A stretch of DNA of 64,000 nucleotides. Source: Planctomycetota bacterium (GTDB lineage: Bacteria > Planctomycetota > UBA1135 > GCA-002686595). Below are positions 45,681 to 54,528 of this stretch, piece by piece. Where the stretch lies: positions 3,987-67,986 of the forward strand of contig JBLIOI010000007.1 of the NCBI GenBank assembly GCA_047639675.1, in the 5' to 3' direction. The notes below the pieces were generated by a model that saw only the letters and a list, made by a program, of their open reading frames with translations, ran no database searches and was not told where the DNA came from. Every line of letters starts with the position of its first letter. Position 1 is the first letter of the stretch. Made by a program: the position numbers and the translations under genes.

Positions 45681-47714
45681 CTACTGGGCCGTTTGTGATT
45701 GGGCCGTTTGTGGCTGTGTCGTTTGTGGAAAGTCGGGGGTGCTCACCCCCCCGACCGGGGACAGCGCATCCGAAGATACGCTCGTTTCGACGTCCCGTTC
45801 CTCTGACTCATCCGTGGGGATGCGTCCTAGGCGCAGGACCTCGTTAAGCTCTAGCAAAACCCTCTCTTGTTCTGCCTGAGCTGCTGTTTGCGCGACCTCA
45901 TCGGCCGCTTCAAAGATTTGTTGTTCAAGCGCAAGGAATTCTGCCTTGAGCTGTGCTTCGCGCCGACCATCGTTACGACGGCGCAGACTGTTGAGACTAC
46001 CCTCCAAAAGTTCCTTGGGGCTTGCAGCACTGCTCGCATATTCGGCAAGGCTGGCAACTTTCTTTCTGGCGGGGTGATCTCCAAGCGCCGTCAACACTGA
46101 AGACGTGTTGATTACGGCATCTAGGTCTTCGTACATCTCTAGAACGACCTCAAGTATCCGACTCAGGTCTTCATCCTTGCAGACGTTTGAATGGGGTCTC
46201 ACTAGCGGGACAAGACTTGCGTCCAAAAGCACAGCTCCGACCATTTCGGCGAAGAGCTTGCGCAGGATCGGGTCCTCGGGAGCCTGGATAACGGGCTCCT
46301 GGTTCGGACCAGCATCGTCGCCGTCTTGGGCGTAGGCTGCAGCCTCGGCTTCGCTGTCCTCATCGGAGCTGGAGCTCGCGGAGGCATTCTGGACGGCAGC
46401 CTGGCGCTTGGGACGCCGGCGTCCGCCGGTTGACGTTCGCCATTGTTCACGCAGATCGTCGACCGGAATGCTCAGGGTCTCGGCCAGCTCCTGAATGAGC
46501 GAGGAGCGGTGGACGGGGCGCTTGACGCGCGTGACCAACTCCAAGATCTCATCAACGGCCTCGCTGAGCTCGGCGCCGCGCTTGCCGGCTAAATCGCTGC
46601 AGAGCAGAGCGAACCAATCCAAAGCGGCATCGACGAGCCCCATGAAGGCATCGGCACCATCGGCCAGGAGCAGGTCGCAGGGATCGGCGCCCTTGGGCAA
46701 GCGGACGATTTGAATTTCGATGTCGAGCGGCACAAGTCCGTGCAGCGCGCGCTTGGCGGCCTTGCCACCTGCCTCGTCGCCGTCGAAAACCAGACTCACG
46801 CGCCTTGCGCCCGCTCGCCGCACGAGTTTTGCGTGGCTATCGGTCGTGGACGTTCCAAGCACAGCTCCGACACGCGTCAAGCCCACTTGGTGTGCGGCCA
46901 TCACATCGGTGTAGCCCTCCATCAAGATCACATGGCGCTCACGGCGCGCCTCGAGCAGCGCCAAGTCGAAGCCGTAGACCAGTTGGCTTTTCTTGAAAAG
47001 CGGGGTCTCCGGCGTGTTGATATATTTAGGTCCGCCGCCATCGTCGCCCAGTCGACGCGCACCAAAGCCCACCGTACGGCCGTCCAGGTCCCGAATCGGA
47101 ATCATCAGCCTCCCACGGAAGAAATCGTAGCCGTGGCCGGAGTCGTTCTTACGAGCCAAGCCCCCGCGCTCCAGAAGCTCTAGTCCTAAACCCTGGTCGC
47201 GCGCAAAGCCGACAAGCTCACGGCCGTTCGCCGGCGACCAGCCCAAGCAAAACCTCTCGATGGTCTCCTCGCTCAAGCCGCGGCCAAGCAAGTATTTGAG
47301 GGCCTGACGCCCTTCCGATCCGTACAGCGCTTTGGCGTAGAACTCCGTCGCACGCTTCAGCATGTCGATGGCCGGATCGTCCTTGCGCTTTTCCTCTCGA
47401 TCGCGGCCGCCCATTTTCGGCATCTCAACGCCAGTTCGCGCCGCGAGGATTTCCATGGCCTCGATGAACTGTAGACCACTGAAGCGCTCCAAAAAGGCAA
47501 TTTGATCGCCACCTTCAGCGCAGGCGCCATAGCAATGCCACGTCCCACGCCGCGGATCGACCTTGAACGACGGGCTCTTCTCCTGGTGAAAAGGGCAACA
47601 CGCAGTCCACAGGGATCCCGCTTTTTTAAGCGTGGGGATATACTCGCGCACCACATCCTCGATGGGTGCGCGCAGCTTGATCTCCTCAATAGCTCGGCGG
47701 AAATCTTGTGACAA
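45681..47714 (-). CDS. dnaG: DNA primase
   Basis: Zinc finger [26 protein letters not shown] and TOPRIM region (ILMEGYTDV...[12 protein letters not shown]). Directly upstream of rpoD. Confidence 0.9.
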   Translation of the reverse strand: MSQDFRRAIEEIKLRAPIEDVVREYIPTLKKAGSLWTACCPFHQEKSPSFKVDPRRGTWHCYGACAEGGDQIAFLERFSGLQFIEAMEILAARTGVEMPKMGGRDREEKRKDDPAIDMLKRATEFYAKALYGSEGRQALKYLLGRGLSEETIERFCLGWSPANGRELVGFARDQGLGLELLERGGLARKNDSGHGYDFFRGRLMIPIRDLDGRTVGFGARRLGDDGGGPKYINTPETPLFKKSQLVYGFDLALLEARRERHVILMEGYTDVMAAHQVGLTRVGAVLGTSTTDSHAKLVRRAGARRVSLVFDGDEAGGKAAKRALHGLVPLDIEIQIVRLPKGADPCDLLLADGADAFMGLVDAALDWFALLCSDLAGKRGAELSEAVDEILELVTRVKRPVHRSSLIQELAETLSIPVDDLREQWRTSTGGRRRPKRQAAVQNASASSSSDEDSEAEAAAYAQDGDDAGPNQEPVIQAPEDPILRKLFAEMVGAVLLDASLVPLVRPHSNVCKDEDLSRILEVVLEMYEDLDAVINTSSVLTALGDHPARKKVASLAEYASSAASPKELLEGSLNSLRRRNDGRREAQLKAEFLALEQQIFEAADEVAQTAAQAEQERVLLELNEVLRLGRIPTDESEERDVETSVSSDALSPVGGVSTPDFPQTTQPQTAQSQTAQ

Positions 47715-48166
47715 GACGAATGGGTAAGCTCGGGGCTTGTGGAAGATGGCTCTGAGTCCGAAAACGAGGGGCGAATTCGTCAGGGTGGGGATCAGAGGGA
47801 TGGACTTGTGGAACTTCGTGGCCGCGCCTGCTCGGTCGGAACCTCGCGGTACCGAGCACTACGGTCAAGCTGCGCTAGAACAAGTTTTTCGCATGAAAAC
47901 ACTCGCGCCGGCGCTAAGAACCGATTCCGTGCCGAGGCTCGACATCCGCTGGAGAGGCCCGACTCGACAGGTCGGGTGTAGCGCGGAGCAGCCAATCACG
48001 GACTCTTCCAGGTTGTCGGAGGGGGGTCATGAGCTTTGTTGACTCCCCCAATCCTCGACGTCACCTGTTCTGTAGCCTGCATTCTAGAATAGCACATAGA
48101 ATCCTCAAAGACCACGCGGTATAGCCAAGCCTTTTTAAAAAGTGCGAATAACCGCCCAAATCCGGC

Positions 48167-49048
48167 TCAATCTGGTAATCCACGCCAGAGTTCTGAGTCG
48201 GCCAGGCACCGTAATTGTTTAAGGCTCAGGGTCTCCGCTCGCAGTCCAGAATCGATGCCCAAGCCCTCCAAGAGAGCCTTCGCTTGATCGCGACTGCCCA
48301 CCAGCTCCCCCAGCACGCGAGCCAAAGCCTGACGACGACGCTGAAAGAGCGCCGAACACAATTTTGACAACCTGGCCAATTCTTCACCCGCCAGCCCATC
48401 GGGTTGCCGTAAGAGGTGCGCAACGGCGCTGTCCACCTTTGGTCTGGGCCAAAACATACCTGGGCCCACTCTACGGCCCATTTCTACGGAGTAGACGGCC
48501 TGCAGGCGGGCGGAAATCGGCCCCCAATTGCGCGAACCGGCAGCAGCGCAGATTCGTTCGGCGACCTCAAGCTGCACCAGGACACTCATCGACTCGGGCG
48601 GATTTGGAAGTTCCGAGAGGACCACCATCAAGGGTGCGCTAATCGCATAGGGCAGATTCGCAACCAAGCTCCATTTACCCTCCGCGGGCAAAAGAGCGAG
48701 GACTTCCGGAGCCAGGGTATGCTTGGTCGCGAGAGCGTCCGTATGAATAGTGGTCAGGCCCTCGTGTTCGCCATAGCTTTCTAGCAAGGACTCCAACAGG
48801 CGCCCGTCAATTTCCACCGCGAGAACCTTGGCTCCCGCATCCAATAGCGGCGCGGTCAAGAATCCAAGGCCCGGACCGATTTCTAGGACGAAATCCCCAG
48901 GGCCAACCTGGGCATCGCGCACCATCGCCTTGGTCAGGTTCTCGTCCAATAGAAAATTCTGCCCCAAGCGCCGCGAGGGCCGAAAGCCCGCAGCAGCGAG
49001 CCGAGCCTTCAACGGTCCCCAAGCCTCGCGTTCGGTATCGCCGCTCAA
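48167..49048 (-). CDS. rsmA: 16S rRNA (adenine1518/1519-N6)-dimethyltransferase
   Basis: LGQNFLLD, SAM motif VLEIGPGLGFLT, and NLPYAISAP. TTG start in a TTGA overlap with the upstream gene. Confidence 0.9.
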   Translation of the reverse strand: MSGDTEREAWGPLKARLAAAGFRPSRRLGQNFLLDENLTKAMVRDAQVGPGDFVLEIGPGLGFLTAPLLDAGAKVLAVEIDGRLLESLLESYGEHEGLTTIHTDALATKHTLAPEVLALLPAEGKWSLVANLPYAISAPLMVVLSELPNPPESMSVLVQLEVAERICAAAGSRNWGPISARLQAVYSVEMGRRVGPGMFWPRPKVDSAVAHLLRQPDGLAGEELARLSKLCSALFQRRRQALARVLGELVGSRDQAKALLEGLGIDSGLRAETLSLKQLRCLADSELWRGLPD

Positions 49049-50004
49049 GACTGCGCTCCCCGCAAGAGCTCTGCGAGTCCCTGCGCCGCCCCCGATTCTC
49101 CTTCTAACTTTTTAAGGAGCGGCACCGCCTGGCTCCCCCAAGAATTCCCAATGCGCTGCAAGCGCTTGATGGATTCTGGCGTGAGATCCCAGGCCTTCGA
49201 CTCGACCCGTAACCACTCCTCTGCATCCACGATCAATCGTAAGCCCAAGTCACGACTCCGATGACCCTCGTGCAGGGCCCGGCGATTAAAGGAAGTATTC
49301 CCATCGCCATCACCGTCGTTGCCGAGGTCCGCCTGATAGTCCAACCAGTAAATTTGCCGGCGATTCGAGAGGTATCCGCCCCCCATCGCCCAAGCCTCAA
49401 AGCGCTCGCGCCCGTCCTCTTGCACGACAATATCGTCGATCAGCACCCACTCAGCCACGTTACCCAAAAGGTCGTAAACTCCAGAAGGTGTGCATCCCTT
49501 GTCAAAAGTCCCGACCGGCGCCAAGGTCCCCAGCTTCAACTCCAATGTATTGGCTACGGACTCAGCTGCCTGCCGACCCCAGGGGTAGTACTGAGCACGA
49601 GTTCCGGTCGCGACACGAATCCACTCGCGGGCAGTGGGAACTCGCATCCGGTTCTTTTCGGCGAACTCGCGAGCCTCGGTTAGGGTCATGCCAGTGGCTG
49701 GCAGAGTCGGCGCTAGATCGGGCCAGTAGGTTTGACACTCCAACGCAGAGCTATTGGAACCCTGGTTTTCCAGCCAGGCCTGCCACTCGTCTTGGGTCAC
49801 CTCGAAGCGGTCCACAAGTAGCGCGCGGTCGTTGGAGCAAACCACCGGCGCGACAGTCTCCGGCAGGAGCACACAGGGCAGGGGTGCCACGAAAACCAAA
49901 CGCTCGAGACGCAGAACGCGCCCCTCCTCTTCGCCATTACACGAAGAGAATAGGAGCGCGCATAGAAGGGCGTACCACGGAAGCTGTTGGCGAAGATTGA
50001 TCAC
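49045..50004 (-). CDS. Lipoprotein with a formylglycine-generating-enzyme (SUMF1/FGE-sulfatase) domain
   Basis: Lipobox LLFSSC. FGE-like blocks FEVTQDEW, MTLTEAREFAE...MRVPTAREW, LLGNVAEWV, and a C-terminal R...GLRL. Confidence 0.7.
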   Translation of the reverse strand: MINLRQQLPWYALLCALLFSSCNGEEEGRVLRLERLVFVAPLPCVLLPETVAPVVCSNDRALLVDRFEVTQDEWQAWLENQGSNSSALECQTYWPDLAPTLPATGMTLTEAREFAEKNRMRVPTAREWIRVATGTRAQYYPWGRQAAESVANTLELKLGTLAPVGTFDKGCTPSGVYDLLGNVAEWVLIDDIVVQEDGRERFEAWAMGGGYLSNRRQIYWLDYQADLGNDGDGDGNTSFNRRALHEGHRSRDLGLRLIVDAEEWLRVESKAWDLTPESIKRLQRIGNSWGSQAVPLLKKLEGESGAAQGLAELLRGAQS

Positions 50005-50031
50005 GCCGCTCAGCTTAACTCGTGGGACGGG

Positions 50032-50742
50032 CTACTTCGGGGGCGAAACGAAAATCTCGACGCGCCGATTGAGGGCACGGTTGGAAGCTGTGTCATTGGC
50101 GGCCAAGGGATCGAGGGGGCCAAAGCCTGCGACGACGACTTGGTCTTTGGAGACTCCGCCGCCACCGGTCAGGATCGCTGCGACCTCGATCGCGCGACTC
50201 GTGGAGAGTTGCAGATTGCCGTGGGGAAAGCGCTTGAGAGTCGAAGCCTTGGCAACCGGAACGCTGTCCGTATGCCCGCGCACCCAAATGCGACCGTGGC
50301 CGCCACGCTTGATGTCTGCGGCGACAGTATTGATCAGCGCCTTACGACCCTCCTCGCCCACATCGGAGGAGCCTGACTTGAAGAGCACCGCATCGGGCAC
50401 CATGTAGACGTAAGCGCCGTCATTGAGGTCGATGCGCGTGATGCCGCCGGGGTTATTCGAGAGGCCAGCGAGGCGCTTCTCGTAGTCTGCCAAGCGTTCC
50501 TCGAAGTCACCTTCTCCCGAACTGGCCTCGAGAGCATTGACCTGACTATTCGTCAGTTCGCTCGTCAGGCGATCGTTGCGGGCTTTCATGCGCGCGTGGT
50601 CAAGTTCCAAGGCGAGCAATTCGTCCTGGTAGTGCTTGGCCAGATCGACCGCCTGCTTGTACTGCTGCTGGGTCGCGCAGGAGGAGAACATAAGAGCGCC
50701 GAGTACCAGAAGGATCGGGCGTGTGAACGTGTTGCGTTTCAT
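50032..50742 (-). CDS. OmpA/MotB-family peptidoglycan-associated lipoprotein-like protein
   Basis: Lipobox MFSSC, coiled-coil linker, OmpA_C block VRGHTDSVP...NLQLSTSRAIEVAAIL...NRALNRRVEI. Confidence 0.8.
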   Translation of the reverse strand: MKRNTFTRPILLVLGALMFSSCATQQQYKQAVDLAKHYQDELLALELDHARMKARNDRLTSELTNSQVNALEASSGEGDFEERLADYEKRLAGLSNNPGGITRIDLNDGAYVYMVPDAVLFKSGSSDVGEEGRKALINTVAADIKRGGHGRIWVRGHTDSVPVAKASTLKRFPHGNLQLSTSRAIEVAAILTGGGGVSKDQVVVAGFGPLDPLAANDTASNRALNRRVEIFVSPPK

Positions 50743-51005
50743 GAATCGATTCCGTCGGAAATGCCGTCGTTCGGGGGAATTGGGCCTGATCCGGATCTCG
50801 TCCGGTCAGGTTGCCCGGTGCACATGCGCCCCCCGGTCCTACTCATCCTAGAGACCCAACGCTCCCGATCCAAAGCTCCTTCTGGGTACGACTCGAGGAT
50901 TGCCATAAGTCCTCGCCAAAGGTCGAACTACGCCACTTCGGCAAGGTTCAAAAAACGGCGAAATTTCCCGCTTCGCGTCCCCCTTGACTCGCCCAAATAC
51001 GAACA

Positions 51006-51059
51006 CGCCCGGCGCGGGGAGATTTCAGATTTCGCTGATGATCTCCCCCGCGCCGGGCG
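51006..51059 (-). terminator. Long GC-rich hairpin after the 51081..51629 gene
   Basis: CGCCCGGCGCGGGGAGAT ... ATCTCCCCCGCGCCGGGCG: about 18 bp with one bulged C, plus an inner TCAG/CTGA pairing. It begins 22 nt after the stop codon. Confidence 0.5.
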
Positions 51060-51080
51060 GATGCTAGTGGCAGAGACCTA

Positions 51081-51629
51081 CTAGAAGCTGTCGCCGAAGA
51101 ACATCGATGCGATGCCCTTTGCGATGCCGCTCGTCTCGCCGGAAGAGATGGAGAACAGGAGCGGCAAGGAACCGATCATGACCACAGTGGTGATCAGGAC
51201 CGCAGCCAGAACCCCCATGGATTCCGTTGCTTCTTCTTCCTGGGCGGCGCCAGCGGCACGCGGAGCGCTGCGACGAAGGGGCGTGGCCTCCTCGATATCA
51301 TCATCTTCGATTTCGATCTCGCCGACGTCTTCGATGTCGTCCTCGATGATCGTGTCGACGTCCGAGATCTCCTCGGTCGCCATGCCGGCCTCGTCAGCCA
51401 TGTTGTCGTCCTCAAAGACGATTTCCTCGCTGGGCTCGCCGAGGTCAATGACTTCGGATCCGCCAAGATCGCTGCGTAGAGCTTCCACGTCTCCTTTGCG
51501 AAGTTTCATGGTCTCGCCTTCGCGAAAAGCGCGGATCTCACCTTCGGAAACGAGGCGCTTGAGCTCCTCTTCTTTTAGGCGTAGCTCCGACAGGGCCTCA
51601 TCAAAGCTAAAGAATTCGTCGTTGGACAC
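51081..51629 (-). CDS. Hypothetical protein: N-terminal excisionase/MerR-like HTH, acidic linker, C-terminal TM helix
   Basis: FSFDEALSELRLKEEELKRLVSEGEIRAFREGETMKLRKGDVEAL resembles helix-turn-helix_17-type DNA-binding modules. It is followed by a D/E/I-rich stretch and the TM segment GVLAAVLITTVVMIGSLPLLF. Confidence 0.5.
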   Translation of the reverse strand: MSNDEFFSFDEALSELRLKEEELKRLVSEGEIRAFREGETMKLRKGDVEALRSDLGGSEVIDLGEPSEEIVFEDDNMADEAGMATEEISDVDTIIEDDIEDVGEIEIEDDDIEEATPLRRSAPRAAGAAQEEEATESMGVLAAVLITTVVMIGSLPLLFSISSGETSGIAKGIASMFFGDSF

Positions 51630-51785
51630 AGGCGTGGCTCCTTGGGGGTCGGCGAGACAGAAACATCGGGGCTCTGCCTTAGGTCGCTGGGGATTTCGAG
51701 TGGGATATTCTAGCGTGGTGGGCGTTAGCAGCCCAAGCCCTATTTCCGAGCCCTGAGGCCGGATCGAGGGCTAAGAGAGACCGAA

Positions 51786-52232
51786 CTACTCGTCTTCGAG
51801 TAGCCCGTCCTCGATGAACCTCTCTTCGAGGTCCTCGTACGTGTGGTCGGAATCGTCATTGAATCCGTTGAGTCGCAAGTCGAGGCCAATGTTGCGGGCA
51901 GCCACGAGCTTAATGCCTTGGGTGCCCTTGGAGCCTCCGTTGGCCTGATAGACAGCTAAGTGCGCGCTGATCGTGTCGATCACGTAGAGCACATTGTTGC
52001 CGGTAACATCGATACCAGTGACCGCGATCATGCGGTGATTGGAATCAGAGTTGCCCAAAACAGCGCTGGGCAAGTTGACCTCGAGGTTGAACCCATCACC
52101 ATCATCTTGAGCGAACTTAGTCGGCTCCAGAGCGTAGCCCCCGGCGGCAAGCAGAGAGCCAGCGATCAGCATCCAGAGACCGCCTTCGCGTCGCTTGGCT
52201 CCGAGGCCAGCATTCTGTGTGTGCAATTCCAT
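51786..52232 (-). CDS. Hypothetical membrane-anchored protein
   Basis: 148 aa. N-terminal TM segment (GGLWMLIAGSLLAAGGYAL), then a small beta-rich domain. No family recognised. Confidence 0.45.
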   Translation of the reverse strand: MELHTQNAGLGAKRREGGLWMLIAGSLLAAGGYALEPTKFAQDDGDGFNLEVNLPSAVLGNSDSNHRMIAVTGIDVTGNNVLYVIDTISAHLAVYQANGGSKGTQGIKLVAARNIGLDLRLNGFNDDSDHTYEDLEERFIEDGLLEDE

Positions 52233-52336
52233 GATCAGAGTGGGGAGAGTGGGGTCTTCGGACAGGCATCTGAATGCCTGATGCTGAGCCTATCCTAGCG
52301 GCAAGCTCTGGTTGCGGGCAACCTGCTGAATTCCGG

Positions 52337-53308
52337 CTACCAACCGCCCAAGTCGCCGGAAATCTCCTCGACGAGGTCCTTGAGGGTCAAAAGACCTACG
52401 GGCTCCTCGGGATTGCCCACAGCTGCCATGCGCAAGCCGGCGACGCGCAGCTGGCGTAGAGCCCTGTCGACAGAGAGATCGGGTTCCAAGAAAAGCAGCT
52501 CGCGAATATCCTGGAGCACGGGTATCCCGGACCCCGCTTGTAAGACTCCCAGTTGGTGAACGTAGCCCACGACGCAGGCTCCCTCGCAAACCGGCAGGCG
52601 TGTGAAGTTGGACTTCTCAACTTGCTCTCGCTGCCTGGCGTCGCCCGCCTCTGTTTGCAGCTTGAGAACTTCGCCCCAGGGAATCATCGCGCGCGTAATC
52701 GGCAAGGTTCGCAGGCGCAGGGCGTTGCGTGCCAATTCCTCCGCGTGCGGTTCTAGAGCACCCGCTGCGCGACCCTCGGCCAAAACCGAGAGAAGCTCCA
52801 TGCGGCCCGCACGTTCCACGATTTGCTCAGGCTCAAACCCCAGGAGTTTCTCAAGCCCACGCGTTAGCAATCCGAGCACCAATTGAAGCGGCCAGAAAAC
52901 CCAACGGAAGAAAGTGAGAAGCGGCGCACTGAGACGCATCAAGTCGTGAGGACGGCGGCGATAGAGATCTTTGGGCAAGAGCTCACCAAATAGAAACACC
53001 ACAGGCGTCATCACAAGAGCAAGAAAGATGTCCCGCTTCCAATCGTCAACTCCGTTGCTCTCAAAGGAGTATTCAACGCTGATCGTCATCAACTCAAGGG
53101 TCAAGTTGTTGCCGATTAGGATCGTGATCAAAACCGCAGCGCGCTTCTCGGTTAGCGCGCGCACGAGCTGTGCCCAAGGCGCCCCGCGCCGCGCTTCAAT
53201 CTCCAAGCGTGAGCGCTTGACAGAGTACAAACCCGTCTCCGAACCGGAGAACATCGCCGACAGGAAGAGACCCGCCCCCAAGATCAACGCTAGAACGAAG
53301 AAGGTCAA
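52337..53308 (-). CDS. CNNM-family (DUF21 + CBS pair) membrane protein lacking the CorC_HlyC C-terminal domain
   Basis: 323 aa. DUF21 helices (FFVLALILGAGLFLSAMFSGSETGL...), GELLPK motif, CBS pair. Ends right after the CBS pair. TTG start in a TTGA overlap. Confidence 0.8.
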   Translation of the reverse strand: MTFFVLALILGAGLFLSAMFSGSETGLYSVKRSRLEIEARRGAPWAQLVRALTEKRAAVLITILIGNNLTLELMTISVEYSFESNGVDDWKRDIFLALVMTPVVFLFGELLPKDLYRRRPHDLMRLSAPLLTFFRWVFWPLQLVLGLLTRGLEKLLGFEPEQIVERAGRMELLSVLAEGRAAGALEPHAEELARNALRLRTLPITRAMIPWGEVLKLQTEAGDARQREQVEKSNFTRLPVCEGACVVGYVHQLGVLQAGSGIPVLQDIRELLFLEPDLSVDRALRQLRVAGLRMAAVGNPEEPVGLLTLKDLVEEISGDLGGW

Positions 53309-54528
53309 GCGACTGACTCCGGCTCGCGCTCTACGTACATGTCAACTGTCACGATTCGCCGGCCGCGCACTTCATGAACATCGAAGACCAAGGATCCAAC
53401 ACGGGCTTCGTCACCAGCTTTTGGGATGCGCCCAAGTTGTGCTGTGACAAAACCGCCAACGGTTTCAAACTCGATAGGAACGACTTGGAAACCAAAGAGG
53501 TCATTCCAATCGCGAATCGAGAGTCCGCCAGATACACGAAAGCGGTTCTCCCCCAGTGGCACAACCGGCCTCTCGCGCTCTTCTCCTTCGACCCGCAACT
53601 CCCCCACGATCTCTTCGAAGACGTCTTCGATGGTCACCACGCCAGCCGTGCCGCCCCACTCGTCGACGACGACAGCTTCGGCGGTACGATCAGCACGGAA
53701 CTCACGCAAGAGATCCAGAGCGTGGGCGACTTCGGGCACGAATTTGACAGGCATCACCAGCTCACGCACCGAACGATCGGCGCGTGTGTAGAGATCACGT
53801 AATCTAACGTAGCCCAAGACGTGGTCCGCGTCCTCCTCGATCACGGGCAGCCAAGTCAGTCGACGCTTGCTCGCTTCCTCCAAGATTGCGGCTGGATCCT
53901 CGTCCACATCCAACATTAAAGCGTCAACACGCGGTGTCATGATTTCACGTATGCGAATGCCGCCGAGTTCGACGATCTCCGCAAGCATGTCCGCCTCTGC
54001 GCGTTCTAGATGTCCAGCCTGAGCACTGACCGAAAGAACCTTAGCCAAGTCATCGGGAGAGATGGCGCGTTCTTCGCCACCGGACTCGCCGAGCGCTCTT
54101 GCAATCACATCAAGGGTCTTGGAGAAGGTCGTGGTGACCGGCTTCAGGGTCCGAACAAGGGCGGTCATCGGTAGAGCGCCCATGCTCGAAATCGCCATCG
54201 GGATGCGCAGTGCCAAGGTCTTTGGCAAAATTTCGCCGACGATCAGAATCGTCAGCAAGGGCGCCAGCACGCCAACAAGCGGTTCGTACTTTCCAGCGCC
54301 CCAAGAGATGCGCACGGCAATGGAAAAGTAGGCCACGTTGGTGAACAGGTTGCCAAGAAGCACCGTGACCAAGAGCTTGCGCGAGTCCTCGAGCAGGCGC
54401 TGCACCCGTTGCGGGGAACGTTCGAGCTGCTCAGCGGTCAGGCTAAATAGCGCTGCTTCGAATCCACTGAAGCTGGCGGAGAGCGCCAGCAACAAGGGGA
54501 AGAGCATGAAAAAGTAAACGTCGTCCAT
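53305..54528 (-). CDS. CNNM/HlyC/CorC-family transporter (DUF21 + CBS pair + CorC_HlyC)
   Basis: SGFEAALFSL, GEILPKTLA, CBS pair, and a CorC_HlyC domain (FRVSGGLSIRDWNDLFG...GGFVTAQLGRIPKAGDE). The ATG at 54528 overlaps the kinase stop (TGATG). Confidence 0.85.
   Translation of the reverse strand: MDDVYFFMLFPLLLALSASFSGFEAALFSLTAEQLERSPQRVQRLLEDSRKLLVTVLLGNLFTNVAYFSIAVRISWGAGKYEPLVGVLAPLLTILIVGEILPKTLALRIPMAISSMGALPMTALVRTLKPVTTTFSKTLDVIARALGESGGEERAISPDDLAKVLSVSAQAGHLERAEADMLAEIVELGGIRIREIMTPRVDALMLDVDEDPAAILEEASKRRLTWLPVIEEDADHVLGYVRLRDLYTRADRSVRELVMPVKFVPEVAHALDLLREFRADRTAEAVVVDEWGGTAGVVTIEDVFEEIVGELRVEGEERERPVVPLGENRFRVSGGLSIRDWNDLFGFQVVPIEFETVGGFVTAQLGRIPKAGDEARVGSLVFDVHEVRGRRIVTVDMYVEREPESVA

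Noticed and set aside
47958-48000. SRP-RNA-like wording (AGGTCGGG...GGAGCAGCCAA) resembling the 4.5S domain IV consensus.
   Set aside because: No GNRA tetraloop and no matching symmetric or asymmetric loops could be drawn, and the flanking helix 5 pairing is absent. Treated only as a generic hairpin region.
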